Origin: a virus
Direction: 5' to 3' (one strand)
IMG/VR virus record: IMGVR_UViG_3300043425_000676
Location: 8,062-72,061 of that record
Length of the DNA stretch: 64,000 nt
In this document: piece by piece, positions 37,241 to 45,549 of the stretch
Layout: every line of letters begins with the position of its first letter
How positions within the stretch are numbered: the first letter of the stretch is position 1
Notes under the pieces: generated by a model
The model's input: the letters and a program-made list of their open reading frames with translations, nothing else
What the model was told of the DNA's origin: nothing
The model's database searches: none
Made by a program: the position numbers and the translations under genes

Positions 37241-37645
37241 ATGGCAGATCGATTTTACGGCACAGTTTATTTGGGTGGGAAGCTAACTCAAGAGCAGTTC
37301 AAGAAGTGCGAGGAATTGCTAGAGGATTGCTTGGAACACGGCGACGAGCTAAACGAGGATGGTTCAGCGTCATTTTCCGAATGCACTAGCAGCGACTTCC
37401 AAGGCATCGTCGAGTATTGCACATCCAACGGTATCGCCTTGTCCTTGCATTGGGACGCCAAGTGGGAACAAGAAGCAAACGTGGAATACTGGATGGACGG
37501 CGAATACAAGCAGTTTTTCGCGGCTGGTGATGGAGACATCGCCATTAGGCTGGCGGAGCTGCAAGAGCACCCCGATATGACCATTGCCGAGTTTATCGCC
37601 AAGATGCAGATTCCCGAGTTCCCAACCTTCGAAATTGCTGACTGA
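37241..37645 (+). CDS. Highly acidic early protein
   Basis: ACAGGAGA RBS, start MADRFY; E/D-rich. Confidence 0.8.
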   Translation: MADRFYGTVYLGGKLTQEQFKKCEELLEDCLEHGDELNEDGSASFSECTSSDFQGIVEYCTSNGIALSLHWDAKWEQEANVEYWMDGEYKQFFAAGDGDIAIRLAELQEHPDMTIAEFIAKMQIPEFPTFEIAD

Positions 37646-37718
37646 TGCGCGTCGGCGACTCGAACGCGAGGGGATTGCCCGATCCCTAAGCGCCCGAGCC
37701 CCTGGCAGTCAGGATCGG
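37640..37718 (+). ncRNA. Unassigned pseudoknot RNA motif, divergent copy 3
   Basis: GACTG complementary to CAGTC in the CCTG/CAGG hairpin; CGC-GAG-[GGGAT/ATCCC]-TAA-GCG. Confidence 0.4.
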
Positions 37719-37745
37719 TAGCATCAAACACAGGAGACATAAGCT

Positions 37746-37964
37746 ATGTATAAGCCTGGAACGTTTGTTCTTGACGGCGTTTCGTATGACCTAGCCTTTA
37801 CGCGCCGACGCTACAGCAACACGACATTCACATGGGTAGCTGTCAAACTCAACGGAGAGTGGGTTGATCTAGGCGATCCATGGCAATGTATTACGCCAAA
37901 AAAGGCTGAGATTGAGGCAGGGTTGAGAATTGTTCTGGCTGCTAATTCAGTAGCCTTGGTTTAG
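37746..37964 (+). CDS. Small early protein
   Basis: ACAGGAGA RBS. Confidence 0.75.
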   Translation: MYKPGTFVLDGVSYDLAFTRRRYSNTTFTWVAVKLNGEWVDLGDPWQCITPKKAEIEAGLRIVLAANSVALV

Positions 37965-37997
37965 TTTTTTTACACTTGCAAACAGGAGATTTGCGCA

Positions 37998-38426
37998 ATG
38001 TCTGAACAGTCCATCACACTGAAAACCGTCACGGCAACGCCGTTTAAGGATTGCAACTCGATGCTTACGCCTCGTCTGCAATTGGTTGTGCGGTACACGA
38101 AAGGCGGAACCAGCATTATGACGGGAGCCGAGTTTGTCCGAGGGTACGAGATCAGTATCCAGTACGACCGTCTTAGCGACGACGGATTTAGGCAGTTCTT
38201 GATTGATGGCAGAGGTAATCCGACCGAAACACTGGAGCAAGCCTCAAGATTCTCCGCCAAAGCGCTCGATAGGCTGGCAGGCGAGATCCGCAGCGGGAAG
38301 CATAACGCAACCATTGCGCACCTTTACGCACTGGCAAGAGCACGAAGACCAGAACACAACTGGCCGGAAGCAATCTTGCCGCTTGAACCCGAGAAGAAGC
38401 CCTGCACGGCTCTGATCGTCGTTTAA
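37998..38426 (+). CDS. Early hypothetical protein
   Basis: ACAGGAGA RBS. Confidence 0.75.
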   Translation: MSEQSITLKTVTATPFKDCNSMLTPRLQLVVRYTKGGTSIMTGAEFVRGYEISIQYDRLSDDGFRQFLIDGRGNPTETLEQASRFSAKALDRLAGEIRSGKHNATIAHLYALARARRPEHNWPEAILPLEPEKKPCTALIVV

Positions 38427-38452
38427 CACGGTAACAACAGGAGACTTTGACG

Positions 38453-38692
38453 ATGAAAATTGCAATTTATTGGAGTCACGTGAGAAATCGCTGGTACGAA
38501 CGCATTGACGGCGTTTCGACACCTTTGCGGCACTCAATCTACTTGCCAACCAATCCAACCTACAAGCAGGTTGAAGACGCTCTGATCGAGCTGGCAAGCT
38601 ACTACGGGGAGGATTTGCAACCGGGAGATGTCGATATCGACTTGTCCGACGATGCGTCGGCAACTTGGGAAAGGACGGTGGTTTGTGCTTAG
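38453..38692 (+). CDS. Early protein with acidic C-terminus
   Basis: ACAGGAGA RBS. Confidence 0.7.
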   Translation: MKIAIYWSHVRNRWYERIDGVSTPLRHSIYLPTNPTYKQVEDALIELASYYGEDLQPGDVDIDLSDDASATWERTVVCA

Positions 38693-38885
38693 TTCGAGCG
38701 ATCTTGAAGGATGGAGAGCAGAAGTAACCAGCACACTCAAAGCGGCTGAGCATTACGCTGAAAAAGCGATGGACGCCAAAGAGTGGGATAACGTTGTCTT
38801 TATGCTTCGCCGAGCGCATGACAAAGCGCTAAGAATCCAAGACAGGTTGGAAATGTCGGCAAAAACTGCCAATGACACCAAATAG
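38685..38885 (+). CDS. Small helical protein
   Basis: GTG start overlapping the upstream stop region, AAGGA upstream. Confidence 0.55.
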   Translation: MLSSSDLEGWRAEVTSTLKAAEHYAEKAMDAKEWDNVVFMLRRAHDKALRIQDRLEMSAKTANDTK

Positions 38886-38912
38886 TTTTTTTATTACAAG
38901 GAGGGAAAGACC

Positions 38913-39059
38913 ATGGCAAAATGGATGCTGCTGATTATCGTTGGCTTGTGCGGTTGTGCAGGTCAACGAACCAGGGTTACATTGACGCGGGTTCACGGTG
39001 AGCCTGCAATTAGTATTGAATTTGAAGACGCAAAGGAGATTTGCAATGCGAATAGGTAG
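38913..39059 (+). CDS. Small lipoprotein (48 aa), not in the ORF track
   Basis: AAGGAGG RBS; MAKWMLLIIVGLCG-C lipobox-like signal. Confidence 0.65.
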   Translation: MAKWMLLIIVGLCGCAGQRTRVTLTRVHGEPAISIEFEDAKEICNANR

Positions 39060-39582
39060 CAGAGTCGCTATTACGCGAATGCGAGAAGATGGCACATGGG
39101 AGAGGTATACGGGTTGCAAGAAAAGACCCGAGGGAACCGTAATCGGTTTGGATATCGACGATTGCGACGGGCACATACGATATGATTTCGCCACAATCCG
39201 CTGGGACGACGGCAGGGTGGAAAGGATTAGGACAGAAGGCGAAGACGAGATCGGAACGTGGGAACTTGAAGATGTCACGCCGGAACTGTACGCCAACTTG
39301 TATCTTTGGGATAAAGCCTACGGAGGATCAGAGGAGGGTGGCTGGTGGTACGACGTTTACACGCCTGCTGATGGTGATTGGAACGATGAACCGCCAAAAC
39401 ACGGCTTGTTCGCTAATTCGACCGAAGCAGAAAACGCCGCCAAGGCATTGCGAGAATGGTGCGACAGCGAAAACCGCTCGCGTCGATCACCGAACTCCAT
39501 GGCATCCGAAGGGCACTTCATTGTTAGGGTGGAAGCTTGGCCAGCAGAGCCTCACCCAACCCACAAGCCCCACTACTGCTAA
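39046..39582 (+). CDS. Acidic early protein
   Basis: AAGGAGA RBS; SH3-like N-terminus and 'YGGSEEGGWWYD' motif. Confidence 0.75.
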   Translation: MRIGSRVAITRMREDGTWERYTGCKKRPEGTVIGLDIDDCDGHIRYDFATIRWDDGRVERIRTEGEDEIGTWELEDVTPELYANLYLWDKAYGGSEEGGWWYDVYTPADGDWNDEPPKHGLFANSTEAENAAKALREWCDSENRSRRSPNSMASEGHFIVRVEAWPAEPHPTHKPHYC

Positions 39583-39639
39583 TTCACGCTGACACGGTGT
39601 CGGCAATGTTTGTTGTTTGTTTTTACAGGAGATTTGATT

Positions 39640-39819
39640 GTGAAAGTTACGATTGAAAACGGCGAATTGGTTATCCGCATTCCCGTGGAAAACCCACCAC
39701 GACTAAGCAGCAGCGGTAAAACGCTAATTGTGGCTACCAGCAGTGGCAATAAAGCAACGGCGGCGACGGTCGACGGCAAGCCCGTTATTGTCGGACTCAA
39801 TGCCTACATCGCAAAGTAG
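39640..39819 (+). CDS. 59-aa early protein, paralog B
   Basis: VKVTIENGELVIRIPVENPPRLSSSGKTLIVATSSGN...VGLNAYI; ACAGGAGA RBS. Confidence 0.8.
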   Translation: MKVTIENGELVIRIPVENPPRLSSSGKTLIVATSSGNKATAATVDGKPVIVGLNAYIAK

Positions 39820-39837
39820 GCACGGTAAAATGATCTC

Positions 39838-39871
39838 AAGCCGTGTGTCAATTGTGGCACGCGGCTTTTTT
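39838..39871 (+). terminator. Intrinsic terminator closing the early small-gene cluster
   Basis: AAGCCGTGTGTCA-ATTG-TGGCACGCGGCTT followed by TTTT. Confidence 0.8.
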
Positions 39872-39894
39872 GGCATCAACACATTAGGGCGACC

Positions 39895-40350
39895 ATGGGA
39901 ACCAAAACGAAAAACGTAATCTATGTCCGCTGGCTCATTCGCAAGGACATGCCCGCAATCAACGAGATAAACATTGAAGCGAGCTACCAACTGCTTGAAG
40001 AAGACATAACGAAGATGCTTCGCACGCGAAACGTAGCTGGCATGGTTGTCGAGCTGGACGGGGTTGTGGCTGGCTACATGATCTACGCACTGGAGAAGGG
40101 CTCGATTGACCTTTACCATCTTGTGGTTGATCCAGTGTTCCACGGGCAAGGCTTGGGCACTGCGCTCATTGAGAAGCTGAAAACCAAGCTAGGTACGCAT
40201 CAAGGCAGAACAGCTATCTACACGACTGTCAGCGAATACGACGTACAATCTCAGGTGTTCTTTCGTTCCGTCAAGTTCTTTTGCGTCGACACTATTCGCG
40301 GCTGGGACGAGAACGGGGACGGATACCTATTTGAGTTTTTGGACATTTAA
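39895..40350 (+). CDS. GNAT acetyltransferase (RimI-like)
   Basis: 'LVVDPVFHGQGLGTALI' acetyl-CoA motif A. Confidence 0.85.
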   Translation: MGTKTKNVIYVRWLIRKDMPAINEINIEASYQLLEEDITKMLRTRNVAGMVVELDGVVAGYMIYALEKGSIDLYHLVVDPVFHGQGLGTALIEKLKTKLGTHQGRTAIYTTVSEYDVQSQVFFRSVKFFCVDTIRGWDENGDGYLFEFLDI

Positions 40351-40395
40351 CAGAGTTTCATTGGTGTTTTTCAATAATTACAGGAGAATCGCATT

Positions 40396-41001
40396 ATGGG
40401 TTGGGTAGTGGATTTTGGCTCTGGCGAACAGGAGATCGGCGGATACGATTTGAAGATACTTGCTGAGAAGGGAAAGATAAATCGCAAGACGAAAGTGTAC
40501 TCAACGACGAAACAAAAGTGGTGCGAAGCTGGCGAGATCGCTGGCTTGGTATTCCATTCGGATAATGAATTTGATTTTGGCGTTCAGCCTGAATTTGAGG
40601 CTCCTCCGGTGATTGAGCCTCCGGTACGGTCATTGGATTGGATGAATACGCAAAAAACCGTCGTAACTAACAAGCCCCCAAAGCGACACAAACCTAGTCG
40701 CAATGTCGGCCTGTTCGACTTCGGTTTCCATCGCATGTTGACACCTGTTTTGTGCGGTTGGGCTTGGGGCGGGTGCTTAGTGTTTTTCACATTTGGTTCA
40801 ATCGCTTTCGTCTTTAGCCGTTGGCGATCGATCGGCGGTGACGCTAGCTCGATTGAAAGGCAAACCGAGCAAATCAACATTGCGATCTTGGCGTTTTCTG
40901 GATGGGTAGTTAGTCTGGTTGCCGCTCGAATCACACTGGAGTGTATTGCAGTGCTTTTCAAGTGCGCTGCGTACCTGAGAGAGTTGTCTGAAAGAGACTA
41001 G
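40396..41001 (+). CDS. Membrane protein with GYF_2-like N-terminus and DUF4282-like C-terminus
   Basis: 'GGYDLKILAEKGKI...TKV....KW..AGEI.GL'; 'LFDFGF.RMLTP' and two TM helices; ACAGGAGA RBS. Confidence 0.65.
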   Translation: MGWVVDFGSGEQEIGGYDLKILAEKGKINRKTKVYSTTKQKWCEAGEIAGLVFHSDNEFDFGVQPEFEAPPVIEPPVRSLDWMNTQKTVVTNKPPKRHKPSRNVGLFDFGFHRMLTPVLCGWAWGGCLVFFTFGSIAFVFSRWRSIGGDASSIERQTEQINIAILAFSGWVVSLVAARITLECIAVLFKCAAYLRELSERD

Positions 41002-41012
41002 GGGACTTAGTA

Positions 41013-41468
41013 ATGTCTAAGGATAAAATTGGCTGGTTCGATTGCATCGAGATAGCTGCGGCGATGACTCCGTTCATTGCGGTGGGTTGTGCGATCTATA
41101 CGATGGCATCCCTGGATCCGATACCCGAACCACCACCGAGGGAACTTCGCGAGTCAATTGACGAGGTTGAGCCACTCGGCGAGAGGTCGTCGGCATGGTC
41201 GAGAGTAAGAGCTGAGTTCGTCGCTGAGCACCCCGACTGCGAAGCCTGCGGGAGTCGCGAGAAGCTAAACGTGCATCATATTCAACCGTTCCATATCCAT
41301 CCCGAACTGGAGTTGGAGCCAAGCAATCTGATCACGCTATGCTTTGAGCACCACTTTAAGATCGGGCATGATCCTGACGGGCCTTGGCGACCTAAGAAGC
41401 CCAAGTGGACTGCTTGGAACCCTGCGGTGAGGCAGCACGCACAGCAGATGCGAGCAAAGGTGCGATAG
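41013..41468 (+). CDS. HNH endonuclease with N-terminal TM helix
   Basis: CEACG...VHHI...NLITLC..HH; hydrophobic N-terminus. Confidence 0.8.
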   Translation: MSKDKIGWFDCIEIAAAMTPFIAVGCAIYTMASLDPIPEPPPRELRESIDEVEPLGERSSAWSRVRAEFVAEHPDCEACGSREKLNVHHIQPFHIHPELELEPSNLITLCFEHHFKIGHDPDGPWRPKKPKWTAWNPAVRQHAQQMRAKVR

Positions 41469-41666
41469 ATGAAACGGTTGATTTGTGGTATGGTGTCCCG
41501 CGCTTTGTTCCTTGTTGGATTTGTCGGCATCGGGTCGGGTTTGTTCCTGATCCTGCATGACCAACGCCTAATTAGGAACCAACCGAGACAAGTGTACTCG
41601 TGGCTACTGATAGTCGGCATTGCTTGCTTTGTCGCTGGTTCGGAAACCAAGGGTATGCAGGAGTAG
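41469..41666 (+). CDS. Small two-TM membrane protein
   Basis: 65 aa with two hydrophobic segments; AAAGG upstream. Confidence 0.55.
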   Translation: MKRLICGMVSRALFLVGFVGIGSGLFLILHDQRLIRNQPRQVYSWLLIVGIACFVAGSETKGMQE

Positions 41667-41736
41667 TTATTGGCAATGGAAGATCGCCAGCAGGTCTGCC
41701 GTTGCTTGTTTCAAGTTGCTGGAGGAGATTTGGACG

Positions 41737-42969
41737 ATGAGTGTGGAAGAACGATTTGAAAGGCTGATGGAAGTTGAGCACCTCGTAAACGCCTTGAGCG
41801 TTTGTGTGGCTAGGCTCAGGAGTGAAGCGCAAAAGCAAGTAGCGGCTATCCGAGAGTCGATTGCTGACGGAGAGCGACGAAAGGCGGCATCTACCTGGGA
41901 CGGCAAGCAGCCCGACTTGTGGCTCAAGAACGGAAGGCTGTGGCGTAAGCCCACCGACGCAGATATCGGAAAGGCGGTGAGGGTTGGGCATTTTGGTGCC
42001 GATCCTGCCGACATGGACGCGGTAAAGCTTGTTGGCTTCCACCAGGAGGCTGGACAGCACGAAGGTTTTATTTGCGAGGGATCCAAAGGTCAGCGGGTGC
42101 TCTGGCCGCTCGCTTGGATCGAGTTTGAGCCTGATGAAGATCCTGGTGAAAGCGGGAAAACGCACATCAGCGTACAGGTTGAAAGAAGCATTCAGGTCGA
42201 CGAGGCTGGCTGGCTGGCTACTGTCTCTGATGATGTCTTCCAAGGGATCGCAAGTGCTTGGTTCGGCACTCAGGAAAAACCATTCGACCCGATCAATGAT
42301 CCAGCCCCGATCTACCGCAAAGGTCAATGTAGGCTGATGTCAGAGGATGAGACCATCGAAGTTGGAGATTTCTTTTGGAGGAGCGTCGACCAATTGCAGA
42401 ATCTTGCCAATTTCACCATCGGAATGAAGGTCAAGGATGCGGTGGCAAGAGGCAGAGGCTACAACGAATTGTGGGTATTCTATCGACCGATCGAAGCGAC
42501 TAAAAGCGATAACTCCAAAGAAACTCCCAGAATTGTTGATGCGTACAAGAAGCTTGTTCAGTCTGACAGCGACTTCGCTTGGACGGTGTTTTGCAATCTT
42601 GCAGTAATGGCTCAGGACGCTGGTGCTCGGCACAAGGAGTCTAACGAACGAGCTGCCGATCTTATGCGCAATTGGTTCGGTGTTGATGTTCGAAAGCTTT
42701 GGCAGTGGAGATTTTTTGAAACTCATGCCACGGACGAACCAAAGCGTTTCGATTCATATTATCGCGAGGCAACATCTTTTGATATCGCCAAAGCGATGGA
42801 TGGAAAAGAAGTCAAGGCTAGGTTTCGCGATTTCGATACTCAGAATTGGATCGAAGGTCGCTGCCTCTACGGATGGAAGCGCAGGAATGATACCGGAAAA
42901 TTCAAGTGGACAGACAGTGAGGGTGTAGCTTGGATGCAATGCCAAGTGTATGATCCGCAAAAAGATTGA
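41737..42969 (+). CDS. Multi-module hypothetical protein
   Basis: GGAGGAG RBS; C-terminal domain paralogous to ORF 25364-25996. Confidence 0.7.
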   Translation: MSVEERFERLMEVEHLVNALSVCVARLRSEAQKQVAAIRESIADGERRKAASTWDGKQPDLWLKNGRLWRKPTDADIGKAVRVGHFGADPADMDAVKLVGFHQEAGQHEGFICEGSKGQRVLWPLAWIEFEPDEDPGESGKTHISVQVERSIQVDEAGWLATVSDDVFQGIASAWFGTQEKPFDPINDPAPIYRKGQCRLMSEDETIEVGDFFWRSVDQLQNLANFTIGMKVKDAVARGRGYNELWVFYRPIEATKSDNSKETPRIVDAYKKLVQSDSDFAWTVFCNLAVMAQDAGARHKESNERAADLMRNWFGVDVRKLWQWRFFETHATDEPKRFDSYYREATSFDIAKAMDGKEVKARFRDFDTQNWIEGRCLYGWKRRNDTGKFKWTDSEGVAWMQCQVYDPQKD

Positions 42970-42996
42970 CTGCTGAGGTAAACTCCCGACCGCCGC

Positions 42997-43032
42997 AACC
43001 GCTGACACTTGTCCTGGTGCCAGCGGTTTTTT
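42997..43032 (+). terminator. Intrinsic terminator at the convergence point
   Basis: AACCGCTGACAC/GTGCCAGCGGTT stem followed by TTTT. Confidence 0.75.
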
Positions 43033-43035
43033 CGT

Positions 43036-43602
43036 TTACTGAGCCCCAGCCTTTCGCTCGGCTGACTTCCGCATTTGCGCGAATCGAAGTAGATCAGCAG
43101 GCTGAACCCTCCACATTGATCGCTGGGCACCATCGGGTCGCACATCAATCGCCTCAAGCTCCCCGCTATCAATCCACGTTTGCACCGTCCTGCGGTTTAC
43201 CCGCATCCTGGACGCAACCTCGTCAACCTTGAGCAATTCTTTACCCATATACTCTACAACCTCCTCTAGTTCGATCCTGCGTGGTGCTCTCGGGCTCGTA
43301 AGATCCAAGTATGCCTCCATGTCCCAGTCGGGCAACCGCTTTTCGGCGAGCAACGCCAATTGCCTTGCTTCTGGCCACACGGCAGCAGATCCAAGATGCT
43401 CGTGACAATTGCGGCAAACGACAAGCAGGCAGAACAGTTTATCGAGGCTTTTCTGTCGATGAACACCCCGAGATATTTCATGGACATCGAGGATGTAATC
43501 AGACCCGCAAACCTCGCACTTACCCACCGACTGGCGCAGGCTATCCCGAAGCGGCTTGCACTCAAGATAGCGTTTGCGCGTCTTATCGCTCATTCGTCTC
43601 AT
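43036..43602 (-). CDS. HNH-like zinc domain fused to excisionase/MerR-like HTH
   Basis: CEVCG...VHEI...VCRNCH; 'LLKVDEVASRMRVNRRTVQTWIDSGELEA'. Confidence 0.75.
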   Translation of the reverse strand: MRRMSDKTRKRYLECKPLRDSLRQSVGKCEVCGSDYILDVHEISRGVHRQKSLDKLFCLLVVCRNCHEHLGSAAVWPEARQLALLAEKRLPDWDMEAYLDLTSPRAPRRIELEEVVEYMGKELLKVDEVASRMRVNRRTVQTWIDSGELEAIDVRPDGAQRSMWRVQPADLLRFAQMRKSAERKAGAQ

Positions 43603-43610
43603 GGCTTGCC

Positions 43611-43874
43611 TTAGAATGGAGCGTCGTCGTCAACCGACTTTTGGGAGTGGCTGGACGATTGATTCGAAGGCTTTCCGCCTCCACCCTGCTGCTTAGGGGT
43701 AAATGACATGCTCATGAACTTTCCTCGCTTGCCATCTTTGACCCAAGCCGAGATCCACATCGGCTTGCCATTGATCATGGCATCGCCCTTGTAGTCAGGA
43801 TGCTTGTCGCTCTCCTTGCGATCGTTCTTGAACAACGTTCCATTGTTGTCTTTTTGTTGATAATCGTTCGACAC
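43611..43874 (-). CDS. Putative phage ssDNA-binding protein
   Basis: 'NNGTLFKNDRKESDKHPDYKG...WISAW' plus acidic C-terminal DDDAPF tail. Confidence 0.75.
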   Translation of the reverse strand: MSNDYQQKDNNGTLFKNDRKESDKHPDYKGDAMINGKPMWISAWVKDGKRGKFMSMSFTPKQQGGGGKPSNQSSSHSQKSVDDDAPF

Positions 43875-43876
43875 GC

Positions 43877-44458
43877 TTACTTCTCCATCGAGCTATTAGT
43901 CTTTACTTGGTGGCACTGCTCGCATAGCACTACCAAGCCGTCTGCTTCACAAAACAAACGCTGTACGAATCCTGGAATATCCTCGAATGATCTCAGCGAA
44001 CCCGCAGGTACGATGTGATCGACTTCCACTTGCTTTCGCGGGAACCATCCCGAGCAAGCAGAGCACTGGTGTTCAAACTTGAGTCGCTTGTTATCGCTCT
44101 GGCTGGCTCTCTTGCAGGCGTTCAGAGCATGCCTACTGATTGGAGCCCATTTGCGACTCGCCAGCCGCAGGTTCGACCGCAGGAACCCCCAGAACTGGGC
44201 TTCCGTCATTTCCCCGCCTGCTCTGGTTCGCGGCACTTTCGGGCTCTTTGGTTTTTTCTTCATCGTTTTTAGTATCCTTTCATTCCAGTCCATTATTGCC
44301 AGCTTCTTGTCGTATCGCATTCCCTCTGGGCACGATACGGCACCGCAACCCTGACACTCTACCTTCCAATCTCCAAGGTCGTCTCTTTGGAAGCACAGTT
44401 CAGCCTGTCCTCCGCAAAACGGACAGGGGAGTAAGGATGCTTCTTTTTCTGAATCCAT
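43877..44458 (-). CDS. Lar-like zinc finger fused to HNH endonuclease
   Basis: LLPCPFCGG...VECQGCGA...AI..WN; then CSAC...VEVDHIVPAG...LFCE..GL.VLC..CH. Confidence 0.75.
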   Translation of the reverse strand: MDSEKEASLLPCPFCGGQAELCFQRDDLGDWKVECQGCGAVSCPEGMRYDKKLAIMDWNERILKTMKKKPKSPKVPRTRAGGEMTEAQFWGFLRSNLRLASRKWAPISRHALNACKRASQSDNKRLKFEHQCSACSGWFPRKQVEVDHIVPAGSLRSFEDIPGFVQRLFCEADGLVVLCEQCHQVKTNSSMEK

Positions 44459-44461
44459 ATT

Positions 44462-45331
44462 TTACAACAACTCCACCAAATCCAGCCATAGACCACCTGC
44501 GGCTAGCAACTCTCGCATATCCTTGTAAGGCTTTGGAATGAGCACCCAAGAGACACCCAGTTCCGCAGCGACCTTCTTTGCGCCAAACAACCCAGGCCAG
44601 CAGTACGAGCAACCGCGACAGTTGGATGTGCAGCTTGCTACTCGCCCTCGCCTCTCTGGCACTTCGTCTCGCTCGCCGACTACAATCACCTTCTTGTCGG
44701 GACAGCACGCCTTTATCATTCGTTTGATGTGCTCCCCGCCATGTGTGTTTGTTCCTCTCCCGATAGCCGCCAAGCCTGCCGATTCGCACGCGGCAACGTC
44801 AGAGCCTCCCTCGACTATCCAAAGCGGCCCGCGACGGCTAAACCACTCTGGCGAGTAAAACAAGCCGACAGATCCCCCCTCGTTGGTTCTTTTGGATTTG
44901 TCAGCGTATCTCCTAACGTACCCAATGCACCTCCCGTTGTGATCGCGACTAGGCCAACTCGAAAACTCGGCACCGTTCCATTCGTCCTTGCCGACTCCGA
45001 CGCGAAGCGATTCAAGCGACTCGACACTGACCGACAACAGTTCGGCAACTTCGCAACGCTTGTCGTGCGCTTTGTCGTCCTCAAACATTGCTCGGCACTC
45101 CTTTGTCCAGTCGGGCTTTTTCTCGACTGCCTTGATCAATGTCACTGGTGGAAGCGGGTTGGACAGTACGTGGAGCCATCCCATAATGCCGTCTTTGCTA
45201 GAGCTGGTCTTTTCTGACTCTACCCTCATGCACCTGACAGCCTTTCCGTCAATTGTCCTGGTGCAGTAATCGGGCTTGCCACAGACTGGGCAAGGCTCTC
45301 GCTTTGACACTCGCTTCCATTCGCTAGCCAT
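44462..45331 (-). CDS. Primase-like protein (Zn-binding plus TOPRIM)
   Basis: PCPVCGKPDYC, 'WIVEGGSDVAA', 'VGERD', 'KDMRE'. Confidence 0.75.
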   Translation of the reverse strand: MASEWKRVSKREPCPVCGKPDYCTRTIDGKAVRCMRVESEKTSSSKDGIMGWLHVLSNPLPPVTLIKAVEKKPDWTKECRAMFEDDKAHDKRCEVAELLSVSVESLESLRVGVGKDEWNGAEFSSWPSRDHNGRCIGYVRRYADKSKRTNEGGSVGLFYSPEWFSRRGPLWIVEGGSDVAACESAGLAAIGRGTNTHGGEHIKRMIKACCPDKKVIVVGERDEVPERRGRVASCTSNCRGCSYCWPGLFGAKKVAAELGVSWVLIPKPYKDMRELLAAGGLWLDLVELL

Positions 45332-45333
45332 GG

Positions 45334-45546
45334 CTATCGCTTTCTTTTCTGCCTTCGAGTTTCCGCTGCGTCCATTGCTTGGTTGCGGAAATGCTCCCGC
45401 TTTCGCTCGCAGTTGTCGATGTGTACGGTTTCCCCGCCAACATCGTAATAACGCCCCTCGATCTTATGTAGCCAAACGTCGGCATGGCAGAACTTGCATG
45501 TTCTGGTTTCTCCGTTGGCTTTCAATGCGCTGAAATGGGGATCCAT
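45334..45546 (-). CDS. Small zinc-finger protein
   Basis: CKFC...H...C pattern. Confidence 0.6.
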   Translation of the reverse strand: MDPHFSALKANGETRTCKFCHADVWLHKIEGRYYDVGGETVHIDNCERKREHFRNQAMDAAETRRQKRKR

Positions 45547-45549
45547 AGT

